Translations under genes and position numbers: made by a program | From: an uncultured Verrucomicrobiae bacterium | GTDB lineage: Bacteria; Verrucomicrobiota; Verrucomicrobiia; Limisphaerales; JAFGQR01 | DNA length: 64,000 nucleotides | NCBI GenBank assembly: GCA_963788655.1 | Contig: CAWBHS010000087.1 | Coordinates: 177,044 to 241,043 of the forward strand | Reading direction: 5' to 3' | Shown: one piece after another, positions 1 to 9,777 of the stretch | Layout: the number at the start of each line of letters is the position of its first letter | Position numbering within the stretch: position 1 is the first letter of the stretch | Notes under the pieces: generated by a model | What the model was told of the DNA's origin: nothing | The model's input: only the letters and a program-made list of their open reading frames with translations | Databases searched by the model: none

Positions 1-2988
1 CCCTGGCGTCCTTCGCCCTGCCATCCGGGGTGGATTCGATGCATGATTACGAAATTTCCGTGACCACCACGTCGGTAAATTTTCGGGTGGATGGCGTGTT
101 GGCGGGGACGTTAACTGATAACATCCCGACGGGGGTGCTGAACGCGCATGTTGCCACCTATGACGGCGGCGCGGGGAACGTGCCCGTTACCCTGGACCGC
201 CTCTCGCTGTTTCTCGCTGGCAGTCCGGTGGCAAAACCTCCGGCGATCAAAGGCTTTGCGCCAACGCACGGTGCGGTCGGGGCGAGCATCGCCATTACCG
301 GCACAAATTTCAATGGCATCACCGCAGTTCGTGTTGGTGACGTGGAGGCCGCATTTGCCCACGACTCGGCGTCGCTGATCACTGCGGTGGTGCCGGCCAC
401 GGCGACCACGGGTTTGATCACCGTCGTTTCAACGAATGGCACCGCTGTCAGTTCAAGTAACTTCGTGGTGGACGTCCTGGATTTTACATACACGACCGAC
501 AACGATACTGTTACCATCACCGGCTACACTGGTTCCGGCGGGGCTGTGACCATCCCGAGGGCGATCAATGATTTGCCAGTCACTAGCATCGTGGGGTATT
601 TCGGTCCGCAATGGCAAAACGTGACCGGCATCACGATTCCCGACACGGTCACCAACATTGGAGATTATGCTTTTTATGGATGCACGACCCTGACCAACGT
701 CGTCATCCCCGAGAGCGTGATCAGCCTGCGAGAGGCGGCGTTTGCCAACTGCAGCCGTCTGCCGGGCGTCACCATTCCCAACCATGTCACCAGTATCGGC
801 GATAGTGCATTCCTTCGCTGTGTGAGCCTGACCAACGTCACGATCCCCGACAGTGTCGTGAGCCTTGGCTTCCAATCGTTCCAGGAATGCAGTGGCCTGG
901 CTCAAATCACGTTCGGAACCAACCTGGCCAGTATCGGAAATGTGGCGTTCAATCAATGCCCCCGTCTAACCACCGTGCTGATCCCTGCCAGCGTCACCAA
1001 CCTCGGGAATTATGCGTTCATGTCGTGCTATAATCTGCGCGGATCCTTTTTCGAAGGCGACGCCCCCGCAGGGGCAGGGATGGCGTTCCTCAATGATAAC
1101 CAGGCCACGGTTTACTACCTGCCAACGACGACGGGATGGAGCGCGAACTATGGCAGTCGCCCGACCACATTATGGCCGGCCCCGGTGATCACGAGTTTCT
1201 TGCCAACTATCGGAGCGGTCGGCACGAGCATCACCATCAACGGTACATACTTTACCACCGTCACGGCCGTTCAGTTCAGCGGCGTGGTCGCAGCGTTTGC
1301 GGTTGTCTCGGACACACAGATTGTCGCCACGGTCCCGGGTAACGGGGTTTCCGGTTCGATCACCATTTCCAATCCCGGCGGGGCGGCTGTCGGTGCCACT
1401 CCGTTTATTGTTCCTACGCTCATCGCCACAAGCGATGAAGCGAGTCTGGATGCCGCCGTGTCGAACCATATCGGGGTCGGGCTTTTTACCTGCGATGGGA
1501 CGATTGAAGTTTCGACGACCAAGGTGATTTCGTCGGACCTCACGCTGGATGCGGCCGGCCACCGCATCACGATCAGCGGCGGCAACGCCATGCGGGTGTT
1601 CAGTGTCGATCCTGGGGTTCATTTAAACTTACAAAACTTGACCATTGCCAACGGCCAGGGCACCTCGCTGGGCGGCGGAATTTACAATAACGGCGGCATC
1701 GTGACGCTCGTGGACTGCACCCTCACCAACAACACCGTCGTCGGCACGGCTGATGGAGGTCACAGTCTGGGCGGAGCTATCGGTAACACCAACGGATGGT
1801 TGGTCCTGAGCAATTGCACCTTCGCCTACAACCGCGCGGTCGGTGGCATCGGCTCTCCCGGGCCGACTGGCGGCGGGACCGGACGCAGTGGTGGCTACGG
1901 CCAGGGTGGGGCGATTGGTAATGCCGATGGCACGGTCGAGATGGTCAACTGCACCTTCGCTGGTAACCAGGCGATTGGAGGAGCCGGTGGGACTGGCGGA
2001 CGCGGGGCCAATGGTTATCAATACTGGGTGTCAGTCCCGTGGCCGGGCACCGGATATTACGCCACGGTCCCCGGCGGTCCGGGCGGGCACGGTGGCAACG
2101 GTGGCAACGGGGTTGGCGGCTCGTTGCGAAACAATGGCGGTACAATGACGATGGTCAACGTGACTCTGGCCCGCGGTTCAGTGGTTGGGGGCACCGGCGG
2201 TTCACCGGGTGCTCCCGGCGATTTTGGCACTGGCAACTATGGGCCAGGAACTTCCGGCTACAACAGTTCGGGCGGCAACCTTAGTGTTGGTTCGGGAAGC
2301 GTAATATCGAAGAACACGATTATTGCTTATGGCAGCGGCAACTCCGGATACAATTGCTCGGGAACCATGGTTGATGACGGGAACAACCTCTGTTCGGATG
2401 CGACCGCCAATTTTTCCAAAGCCAGCAGCTTGAACAATGTGGACCCCCTCCTGGCGGCTGAGTTGGCGGCCAACGGCGGTTCGACCCTGACTCTCGCCCT
2501 TTTGAGTGCTAGCCCGGCCATCAATGCCGCTGACGATGCGGTGGCCCCAACTGCCGACCAGTGCCACCTGCCACGCGCCGGTCTGAGTGATATTGGCGCT
2601 TTCGAATTTCAAAGCCCGGCGTCGGCTATCTCGTATGCCTGGCTGCAATACTACGACCTCGCCACGGACGGGTCGGCAGACCAGAACGATTCTGATTTGG
2701 ACGGCATGAACAATCTGAGGGAATGGCTGGCCGGCACCTGTCCGACCAACGCGATGTCGTGTCTCATGATGTTATCTCCGACCGCGACCGAGTCGGGAGT
2801 CGTAGTGCGCTGGGCCAGTGAAACCGGCAAGCGGTACTGCAGTCCAACGCAGCACCACCCTCGGTGCCACAGCGTCGTTCTCTACGTTGACGAGCAACAT
2901 CGTTGGACAACCCGGCACCACAACTTACCTCGACACCAACGCCGTTGGTTCCGGGCCTTGCTTCTATCGCATAACCATCCAGCCATAA
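1..2988 (+). CDS. 5'-partial large surface protein: IPT/TIG repeats, BspA-type leucine-rich repeats, Gly-rich beta-helix/choice-of-anchor Q region, DxDxDG module, FYR tail; frameshift ~2840
   Basis: Frame open from window edge. IPT repeats (PAIKGFAPTHGAVGASIAITGTNF; PVITSFLPTIGAVGTSITINGTYF), LRR_5 repeats (TIPDTVTNIGDYAFYGCTTLT), NGGSTLTLALLSASPAINAA..DIGAFE. After RWASETGKRY an alternate frame gives VQRSTTLG..TTYLDTNAVGSGPCFYRITIQP-TAA(2986-2988). Confidence 0.85.
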
Positions 2989-3067
2989 CCTTGGTTCAGC
3001 GGCATCAATGATGCCGTCGTCCGTTACCCGCGGACGCTCCGCGAAACAATGTCGAACAGTGAACCTG

Positions 3068-3241
3068 TCATTTTAATAGCTCGGCATCTTCCAGAAAGGT
3101 TTTGAACTTGAGCGCATCCAACCGACGCTTTTCGGTGTCGTCCAGGACGGAGAGTTCCGGGAAGCCCAAGGCCTCGGACACGGCGGCGCCCCCCGTCAGA
3201 GATCGGGTCACCGAGGTGATTCTGAATATCTGGTTCGGCAT
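3068..3241 (-). CDS. small hypothetical ORF (57 aa) or gene remnant
   Basis: ATG..TGA reading MPNQIFRITSVTRSLTGGAAVSEALGFPELSVLDDTEKRRLDALKFKTFLEDAELLK; below ORF-track cutoff; no family recognised. Confidence 0.3.
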   Translation of the reverse strand: MPNQIFRITSVTRSLTGGAAVSEALGFPELSVLDDTEKRRLDALKFKTFLEDAELLK

Positions 3242-3333
3242 GGCGTCGTTGTAACGCTGCGGAAATTAGCAGCGTCGAGGGGTGGTGAGAATTGGGGCAA
3301 GAAGCGTTTCCGAAACGACGGGATGATTCGACG

Positions 3334-3370
3334 AAAGCAAAAGGAAACCGGACTTGCGTCCGGTTTCCTT
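3334..3370 (-). terminator. Rho-independent terminator of the 1961-aa gene
   Basis: Minus strand AAGGAAACCGGAC-GCAA-GTCCGGTTTCCTT followed by TTGCTTT; perfect 13-bp stem, GNRA loop, 40 nt after the stop codon. Confidence 0.85.
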
Positions 3371-3410
3371 GCCCTATCCGTTAAACCGCTGGGTGGTGGC
3401 CCAGATTCGA

Positions 3411-6400
3411 TTACGGGTTCTGCACCCGATAGAATTTCTTGGTGGCCAGCGGCCCGGGCACCGTGTAGGGCGTTCCGGGATCACCGAGCACCGGCGTGTA
3501 GGGGCCTTCCAAGTTGTCGGCTTCGTAGAGCCGGAAGCCCGTCGCGGGCGGCCACGCGAGGGAGACGTTACTGCCGTCCACGCGCGCGTCCACGCGCATT
3601 TCGAGCGCGGGCACGTGAATCCGAATCTTCGCCGCAAAGGCCAGATCGCTGCTGGTGAGGTTGACTTGGTGGACTTCGGCGGCCAAAACGTTGTCACCGC
3701 CATTCACCACGTTGGTGAGCGGCAACTCGTAGGGGCCTTCCCACCGATACTCACTGCCTTGCGACCGGTTGGCGAAGGTTTCCCAAGTGAGAGCGCCTTC
3801 CGCCATGCCCACGCGCCGGGCTTCCTCCCCGTTGAGGTAGAACACCGCCCCGTCGTCAAGAACCGGCACAATCTCCAATTGATAAGATTGCAGTTCCGCC
3901 AGTTCCGCCAAAGAGGGCGCGGTGAAGTGGGTGCGCACGTAATAAGTGATGTTGGTTGTCCACGTGAGTTCGTCCACGGTATTGGTCCACGCCATCATCG
4001 TGGCCGGCGGAACGTCGCACGCATCCGGATTGATGGGGTTATTGAAGCGCGCGGCCCATAACAGCGCCGGACCTTCGGTCCAAATGGCGTCGTCATATCC
4101 CGCGCCGGTCCACGCCGTCCCCAGGTCCCGGCCGGTGTCCTCATACCTCCAACTGGCGTCCGCGGCCAGCAACGTGACTTCGAACGGCAGGAACAGCGTG
4201 GTGGGATTAGGATCCAGCACGTTGCGCCGGTAGGCGGCGTCCGTCAGGCCTCGAACGGTCAGCGTGAAATATTGCCACGCCGCCCGCGGGCTGGTGGTTA
4301 ACCGGACGGTGTCGCCATTGTCGGCCAGGTCCGCGCCCACGATCTGAACGCTGTCGCCGCCAAACGAAGGAGTCACTTCATAGTTGGACAATTCAGCCAC
4401 CGACAACGGATCAAGCGGTTTGGAGAAGTTCATCACGATAGTGGTGTCCGAAACACTTAGCGCGTCAAGCAACACCGGCGCGGTCGTGTCCGGGGTCACG
4501 GTCAACCCGGCGTTATCGGATTGCGCCTCGCTGGGCAGGTCGTTGCCAACCACGCAATAGTAGGTGCCGTCATCCGTCTCGACTGCGCCCGTGATCGTGT
4601 AGCTGGGACCGGTTGCACCGGAAATCGCCTCGCCATCTTTATACCATTGGAAGGCGGGCTGGGTGCCGCTGACCGTTATGCTGAAGGTGACTTCTTCTCC
4701 TTCATTGATGGTGGTGCTGGCCGCGGGCTGGGTGATGATTTGCACCGGGTTGGTGGCGCCCGAGGGCGTGTAAGTGACCGTCAAAAGCGGACGGTTGGCA
4801 GCGGTCGCCGCTTCGGAGGAGGCAAAGCGCCAGCCGTCCGAAATCGTGTTGGTGAGGAACCAGCCATAATTGGCCTGCCCGCTGATCCAGGCCTGCACCG
4901 AGTCGGTCACATCAATGGTGATCGGCGTGTCAATGGTCGTGTCGAGCGTGGACGGCACATTGGCAATGACGGCGGAAGCGGCCATCACGTCGTTGGCCAC
5001 AATGCCGCCAGCCCACGGAGTGTTCCACGTGTCGGTGTCGTTCCACGGCTGGAGCATGAGGTGCAGATCAATCGGCTCGCCCAAGTTCACCGTGAAGAAC
5101 GTCAGGCGGGCGGATTGGATGGTCGCATCCAGCGGCACCTGGCCCAGCGCCCCGCCAAGGAGGTTGTCGAACCGCAGCAATCCGCTGGTCAGCGGACTGT
5201 CGCTGTCCACCAACACTTCTGCCAGTGTGGCGTAGGAAGTATCAGGCGTCGCTTGGTCCAAGTAAGTGTCCACCGTCCCCGCATAGTCGCCGACGCCTTG
5301 CTGGAAGGTGGCCACGCCGCCGACGATGACGGTATTCGGGGACAAGGGATTGTCAAACAGGTCGGTCACGTTGGCAACCGTCAGCCGATAAACCTCTCCG
5401 GTCAGCGGCGTGTCCGTTTCCACGATGGCCTGCGTGTTGTCGGCCGCCAACTCCACGCTGGCGATGGCCACGCAGTTGGCTGCGTTGTAAGCATCGCAGA
5501 TCTGGTAGTTGAGCGGATTCCCGGCTTCGGTCGCGTCCACAGCTTCCGAAAAGGTCACCGTGATGGTGGTCAAATTTTCCGCCGGCACCGCCGACACCAA
5601 CTGCGGATCGGTCGCGTCCGGCGTGACCGTCAGGGTAGCAGCGTCACTCTCGATCCGGACGTCCGCCGCGGCGACAACGCACCGGAACTGGAGACCGTTG
5701 TCCGCGGGATAGGCGGTCTGCGCCACCTGGTAGTTCTTGAAGACCGCGCCGGGAATGTTGGTGAAGTTAGCCCCGTCGTCGCTGCGCTGCCATTGATAGG
5801 CAATCGGCGCGCCGGTGCTGCTGGTGGCGTCCGCGCTGAAGCTGGCGCCATTGGGGTGTTCCGCCGTAGCCGAAACCGGGGACGTGACAATGTTCACGTC
5901 GCCCGCCAATCCGGGCGGGAGGCCGGGATAGCCAATGCTGTTGGCGTCCAACCATTGAAGATTGGCGGCGGGCACCGTCTGGCCTTCCAAGCGCGCGGCC
6001 ACGACGAGGTAATCGCCCCCATTGCCTTCTTTATACAGGGCTTCCACCGCGTAGCCCTGACCCGCGATCAGGTCGAAGGGTGCGGAGGTCTTGTCCGACG
6101 GCGGCTCCAGGAAGGCCTCGCAACAGTTGGTGGCGAACGCCACCAACGTCAGACCCGCGGCGTCGGGACCGGCTGGATTGAACCACACTTCGGCGTCGTC
6201 ATCACTGCTGAGAAACAGCCGCCATTTTCCGGTGAAGGGCGGAATGAACCAGCCGCGGACCCGGCCGCCGTAGTTGTTGCGGGCGGCATCGTCCGGCCCC
6301 ACGGTGAAGACATTGGTGGGATTGAATTCGGTCAGGCCATAGATGGCATCCGGTTGGTCGGGGAAGGTGGGTTGGTCCGTGAGGTTGGTGATCGCATTGC

Positions 6401-9296
6401 CACCGCCCACGTCATATTTCTCGAACAACATGCCGCCGGCCTGGTTGAGCACCCAGGAACGGACGGGAAGGTCCACCGGGACCAGGCCGTTGCCCGCCAA
6501 ATCGGCCGGGCCTGCCAAAAAGCTCACCGTATAGAGGGTGTCGGGCGTCAGCGGACCGCTGGTTTCCACGATGAGTGCCCAGCCGTCGTTGGTGGCGACG
6601 GCGGCGACGGCATGCAGGCCTCCACTGATTTCGTAGCTAAACTCATCGATGACCGTACTCGCGTCCATCTGCTCGTCAAACTCCACAATGAAGCGGTCGA
6701 AGTTGGCGCCGGGAATGATCCGCGCCACCGTCGGCGGCACCACGTCGGCGTTCACCACGACTTGCGCGACGCTGCTGGTTTCCTCGTGCAAGGTATTGCT
6801 CACCTCGACCACATAATCGCCCGCGTCGGCCATACTGGCACTGGCCACGGTGTAGGTGGCCGAAGTGGCGCCGTCGATGGGCGTCAACGTCTCGCCGGCC
6901 TTTCGATACCATTGATACAACGGGACGGTGCCGGTGGCCTGCACGCTCAGGCTGAACGGACGGAATTCAGTCACTTCCGTCACGGCGGCCGGCGGTTGAG
7001 TGATGACGATGGGATTCACAAACACCGAAACCTCGGTGGCGGAACTGGTGAACGCACTGATCTCGTTTTGAACTTGAACATAGTAACTGCCCGCGTCACT
7101 CAAGCTGGCGCTGGGCACCGAGTAGGTGGCCGCGGTGGCACCGTCGATGGGCGTGCCCGATCCCGGGGTGCCCTTGAACCATTGGAACTGCGGATCGGAA
7201 CCCGTGACGGCAATGCTGAGGCTGAAGAGACTTTGTTCCTCCACGTCCAGCAGCGCCGGCGGTTGCTCGACGATGACCAACGGAACTGCCGGCCCGAGTT
7301 CCGCCAGCATGAAGACACTGAAGCCGTAAGCATACGTGTCCTGAATTGTGGTGGAACCGCCGCCGGTCGTGGGCACCGGTGCGCCGACGCCCACCGCCGC
7401 GAGATAGTTGGAGCAAACAATGGAAAAGGACGTTCCATTCGGCACGATTTCATCCCAGCCGATCAGGTCGCCCGTGCGATTCTCGCCCGCGTTCCAGGCC
7501 GCCTGGGTGACCGGCGCCAGGTTATTCCCGTACGGCGCCCAGCCATTCGTGATGATGCCTGGCGAGGTGGGTCCGGTAACGTGCGCCGGCGTGGCCGCCA
7601 GAACTCCCGTCAAGGTGGCCAGCCCCCACCGGCCCGCGTAACCATTGCCGCGGATGGCGGTGCCCCGGAACGCATAGCGTCGGCCGGGAACAAGGTTGGT
7701 AAAGGTAAAGGTCACGTTGGCCGTGTATGGCGTCGAGCCAAAGTAGAGCGCACTGGCGTTCCAGTCGGTCTTGTCGCTGAAGAGCAAAGCGGCCGGCGAG
7801 CCGGCATCGGGAGCACCGGAATCGCCCGTGGTCCCATTGATTGAACCGCTGGGCACAATCTCCACGCCCGAACTGGTCGGAGTCCCGTCCACAAAACTGA
7901 CCAATGGCCCGCCGGCCCCTTCGGTGGTGGTGATGGAATAGGTGGTCACGGTGGCAGCGGTGCCGTCTCCGGCGTCATGGTCGTTAAACGCCCGCCACAT
8001 CGTGCTGAGAATCTCGACCTCCGCCGTGTAGGCGTTCAATGGCGGGGTGCCCCATTGGTCGGTGACATTCTCCGTGATGGTCAGGATCCATTGTTGGCCG
8101 AGATCTTCGGGCATGGCGGTGGCGATCAAGACCCGGGTGTGTTCCGTTCCCGGAACAAACACAAAACGATCCGGATTGGCCGGGTCGGTACCCGAGAGCG
8201 CGAGTTGATCATCGGACGACTCATCGGTCACCAAATAGTCAGCAACCTCGAGGGCAGTATCGCCCATCGGCTTGCTGAAGGTCACCACAATGTTGGTATA
8301 GTTGGCCTGCCGTACGGCGGAAAGCACCGTCGGCGGCACCACGTCCACGGTCAGGGTAGCGTTGCTGCTGGTGATGGTATTGATGGGGTTGCTAAGCTCG
8401 ACTTGATATTGGCCATTATCGGCCGTCGTGGCTCGGGCAATTGTGTAATTCTCCAAGGTCGCTCCCGAAATCGGCGCTCCATCCTTGAACCATTGATAAG
8501 CAAACGGCGGCGATCCCGCAGGCTCCGATGTGAGCGTCACCGAATGGAACTCGGCAACGGTGGTGCTGGCCGGCTCGACGACGAAACTGGCCGGTTCACT
8601 GGTGATATCCACTGCAAAATTATCGATCGAGTAGGCGCCTTCAGTGGTGGCGTCACCGGTGGAGGTACCGCCGGGGCCGTTATCATCCGCCCAGAGGAGG
8701 TACAGCGTGGCGCCGTCAGCCCACGAACCCAGCGACAATCCCGCGGTCAACCGCTGGGCCCCGCTCTCAATGGTGAACGTGGAGAACTCCGGGATCAATT
8801 GCCAGCTTCCGGGCTCTCCCGTCAGGCTGAAGAAAGCCCGTTGGCCAAAAATGTGTTCACCAATCGGCTGCGCGGTGCCCTGGTCCAATTGGTTCCAATC
8901 ATAGGACACCGTGAGCCAGGCCAAGCTGCCCCCGGTGTTGTTCACCAAGGTCGCCATCAGGAGCGCGTAGGCATTGCCGGTCGAGCGGGTTTGGAGAAAC
9001 AAACCGGACGTGTTCCAGCGTCCCAGAGCATTCGCCGACGGCGGCATCGTGCTGCTCGAGGGGAGGGTCGTTGTGATGGCGCTGGCGGAGGCGTTGGCAA
9101 CCACCGCCGCATCCAACGCGGCCGCCGTAGTAAAATCGCCGCCGCCCCCCGCGACTGACAAGGTGGACCAATCGGCCACGGCGGGTTGAGTGTCAAAGGT
9201 CAAGGGGATGCTGCCTGATTCCACTGAGACGGCTCCCGAGGCGTTCGCGGCCCACAGGGTTCCGATTGCCAACCAGGCAAAGAATTGCGTTTTCAT
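3411..9296 (-). CDS. 1961-aa secreted modular protein: Ig-like and SbsA/Big_5-like domains, PA14, DNRLRE (CBM96-like), galactose-binding-like domain, FYR tail
   Basis: Signal peptide MKTQFFAWLAIGTLWAANASG; Ig repeats (YQWFKDGAPISGAT); PA14 (NYGGRVRGWFIPP..SSDDDAEVW..YKEGNGGD); DNRLRE-like (FQQGVGDYAGTVDTYL..LLRFD..IDVT..NYGW..RPLLTVTY); ends KKFYRVQNP. Confidence 0.9.
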   Translation of the reverse strand: MKTQFFAWLAIGTLWAANASGAVSVESGSIPLTFDTQPAVADWSTLSVAGGGGDFTTAAALDAAVVANASASAITTTLPSSSTMPPSANALGRWNTSGLFLQTRSTGNAYALLMATLVNNTGGSLAWLTVSYDWNQLDQGTAQPIGEHIFGQRAFFSLTGEPGSWQLIPEFSTFTIESGAQRLTAGLSLGSWADGATLYLLWADDNGPGGTSTGDATTEGAYSIDNFAVDITSEPASFVVEPASTTVAEFHSVTLTSEPAGSPPFAYQWFKDGAPISGATLENYTIARATTADNGQYQVELSNPINTITSSNATLTVDVVPPTVLSAVRQANYTNIVVTFSKPMGDTALEVADYLVTDESSDDQLALSGTDPANPDRFVFVPGTEHTRVLIATAMPEDLGQQWILTITENVTDQWGTPPLNAYTAEVEILSTMWRAFNDHDAGDGTAATVTTYSITTTEGAGGPLVSFVDGTPTSSGVEIVPSGSINGTTGDSGAPDAGSPAALLFSDKTDWNASALYFGSTPYTANVTFTFTNLVPGRRYAFRGTAIRGNGYAGRWGLATLTGVLAATPAHVTGPTSPGIITNGWAPYGNNLAPVTQAAWNAGENRTGDLIGWDEIVPNGTSFSIVCSNYLAAVGVGAPVPTTGGGSTTIQDTYAYGFSVFMLAELGPAVPLVIVEQPPALLDVEEQSLFSLSIAVTGSDPQFQWFKGTPGSGTPIDGATAATYSVPSASLSDAGSYYVQVQNEISAFTSSATEVSVFVNPIVITQPPAAVTEVTEFRPFSLSVQATGTVPLYQWYRKAGETLTPIDGATSATYTVASASMADAGDYVVEVSNTLHEETSSVAQVVVNADVVPPTVARIIPGANFDRFIVEFDEQMDASTVIDEFSYEISGGLHAVAAVATNDGWALIVETSGPLTPDTLYTVSFLAGPADLAGNGLVPVDLPVRSWVLNQAGGMLFEKYDVGGGNAITNLTDQPTFPDQPDAIYGLTEFNPTNVFTVGPDDAARNNYGGRVRGWFIPPFTGKWRLFLSSDDDAEVWFNPAGPDAAGLTLVAFATNCCEAFLEPPSDKTSAPFDLIAGQGYAVEALYKEGNGGDYLVVAARLEGQTVPAANLQWLDANSIGYPGLPPGLAGDVNIVTSPVSATAEHPNGASFSADATSSTGAPIAYQWQRSDDGANFTNIPGAVFKNYQVAQTAYPADNGLQFRCVVAAADVRIESDAATLTVTPDATDPQLVSAVPAENLTTITVTFSEAVDATEAGNPLNYQICDAYNAANCVAIASVELAADNTQAIVETDTPLTGEVYRLTVANVTDLFDNPLSPNTVIVGGVATFQQGVGDYAGTVDTYLDQATPDTSYATLAEVLVDSDSPLTSGLLRFDNLLGGALGQVPLDATIQSARLTFFTVNLGEPIDLHLMLQPWNDTDTWNTPWAGGIVANDVMAASAVIANVPSTLDTTIDTPITIDVTDSVQAWISGQANYGWFLTNTISDGWRFASSEAATAANRPLLTVTYTPSGATNPVQIITQPAASTTINEGEEVTFSITVSGTQPAFQWYKDGEAISGATGPSYTITGAVETDDGTYYCVVGNDLPSEAQSDNAGLTVTPDTTAPVLLDALSVSDTTIVMNFSKPLDPLSVAELSNYEVTPSFGGDSVQIVGADLADNGDTVRLTTSPRAAWQYFTLTVRGLTDAAYRRNVLDPNPTTLFLPFEVTLLAADASWRYEDTGRDLGTAWTGAGYDDAIWTEGPALLWAARFNNPINPDACDVPPATMMAWTNTVDELTWTTNITYYVRTHFTAPSLAELAELQSYQLEIVPVLDDGAVFYLNGEEARRVGMAEGALTWETFANRSQGSEYRWEGPYELPLTNVVNGGDNVLAAEVHQVNLTSSDLAFAAKIRIHVPALEMRVDARVDGSNVSLAWPPATGFRLYEADNLEGPYTPVLGDPGTPYTVPGPLATKKFYRVQNP

Positions 9297-9777
9297 AGGG
9301 TAAACTGGATTCGAATTGCAGATGGATCGCTCGGCTTCGCGAACAGAAATGCCGTTATCCGTTAGACCCGAGCGGCGGCATTGGTCCTCGGCTGAGGATC
9401 GCCGGCGCAGAATAGGGTGCAGGGGAACTGACGGGGTTCGCCGATGCTGACGACGCGTTATATGGTGCTACTTGGTTGACTACCCCCTGGGCAGCGTGGG
9501 TGGTAATGACCACTTCGGGCATACCAATACGCAGTGACAACAGCGCCCCACAACGACAGATTGATAGTCAGGTTTGACTTTGAGTGCGAGGCAGTGAACC
9601 ACGTCACCTTGTCGAAAGCAATAGCTAATTGCAATAAACTTTAACCAGTATTGATGCTTCTTAACGGAATAACTCCCTTGGCGATGAAATCCTGGTTTCC
9701 GGCCGCCTGGAATTCAACAAACCGGTCAGGGATGGGCCTGCTAATACGCCACTGTGATCAGGGATTTGACGGGGAAT

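Noticed and set aside
3411..3600. T9SS CTD or PEP-CTERM signal on the giant proteins
   Set aside because: No YPNP/KxxK pattern, and no PEP plus TM helix plus basic tail.
4521..7844. 1107-aa plus-strand ORF (likewise 7977-9158, 20752-21891, 21982-23589)
   Set aside because: Antisense shadows of well-supported genes; Arg/Gly/His-rich with no motifs.
9300..9660. c-di-GMP-I riboswitch upstream of the 1961-aa gene (GGGTCTAA on minus strand)
   Set aside because: GGCAAA, GNRA-capped P2 and GCAAA elements are missing; a structured leader is possible but unsupported.
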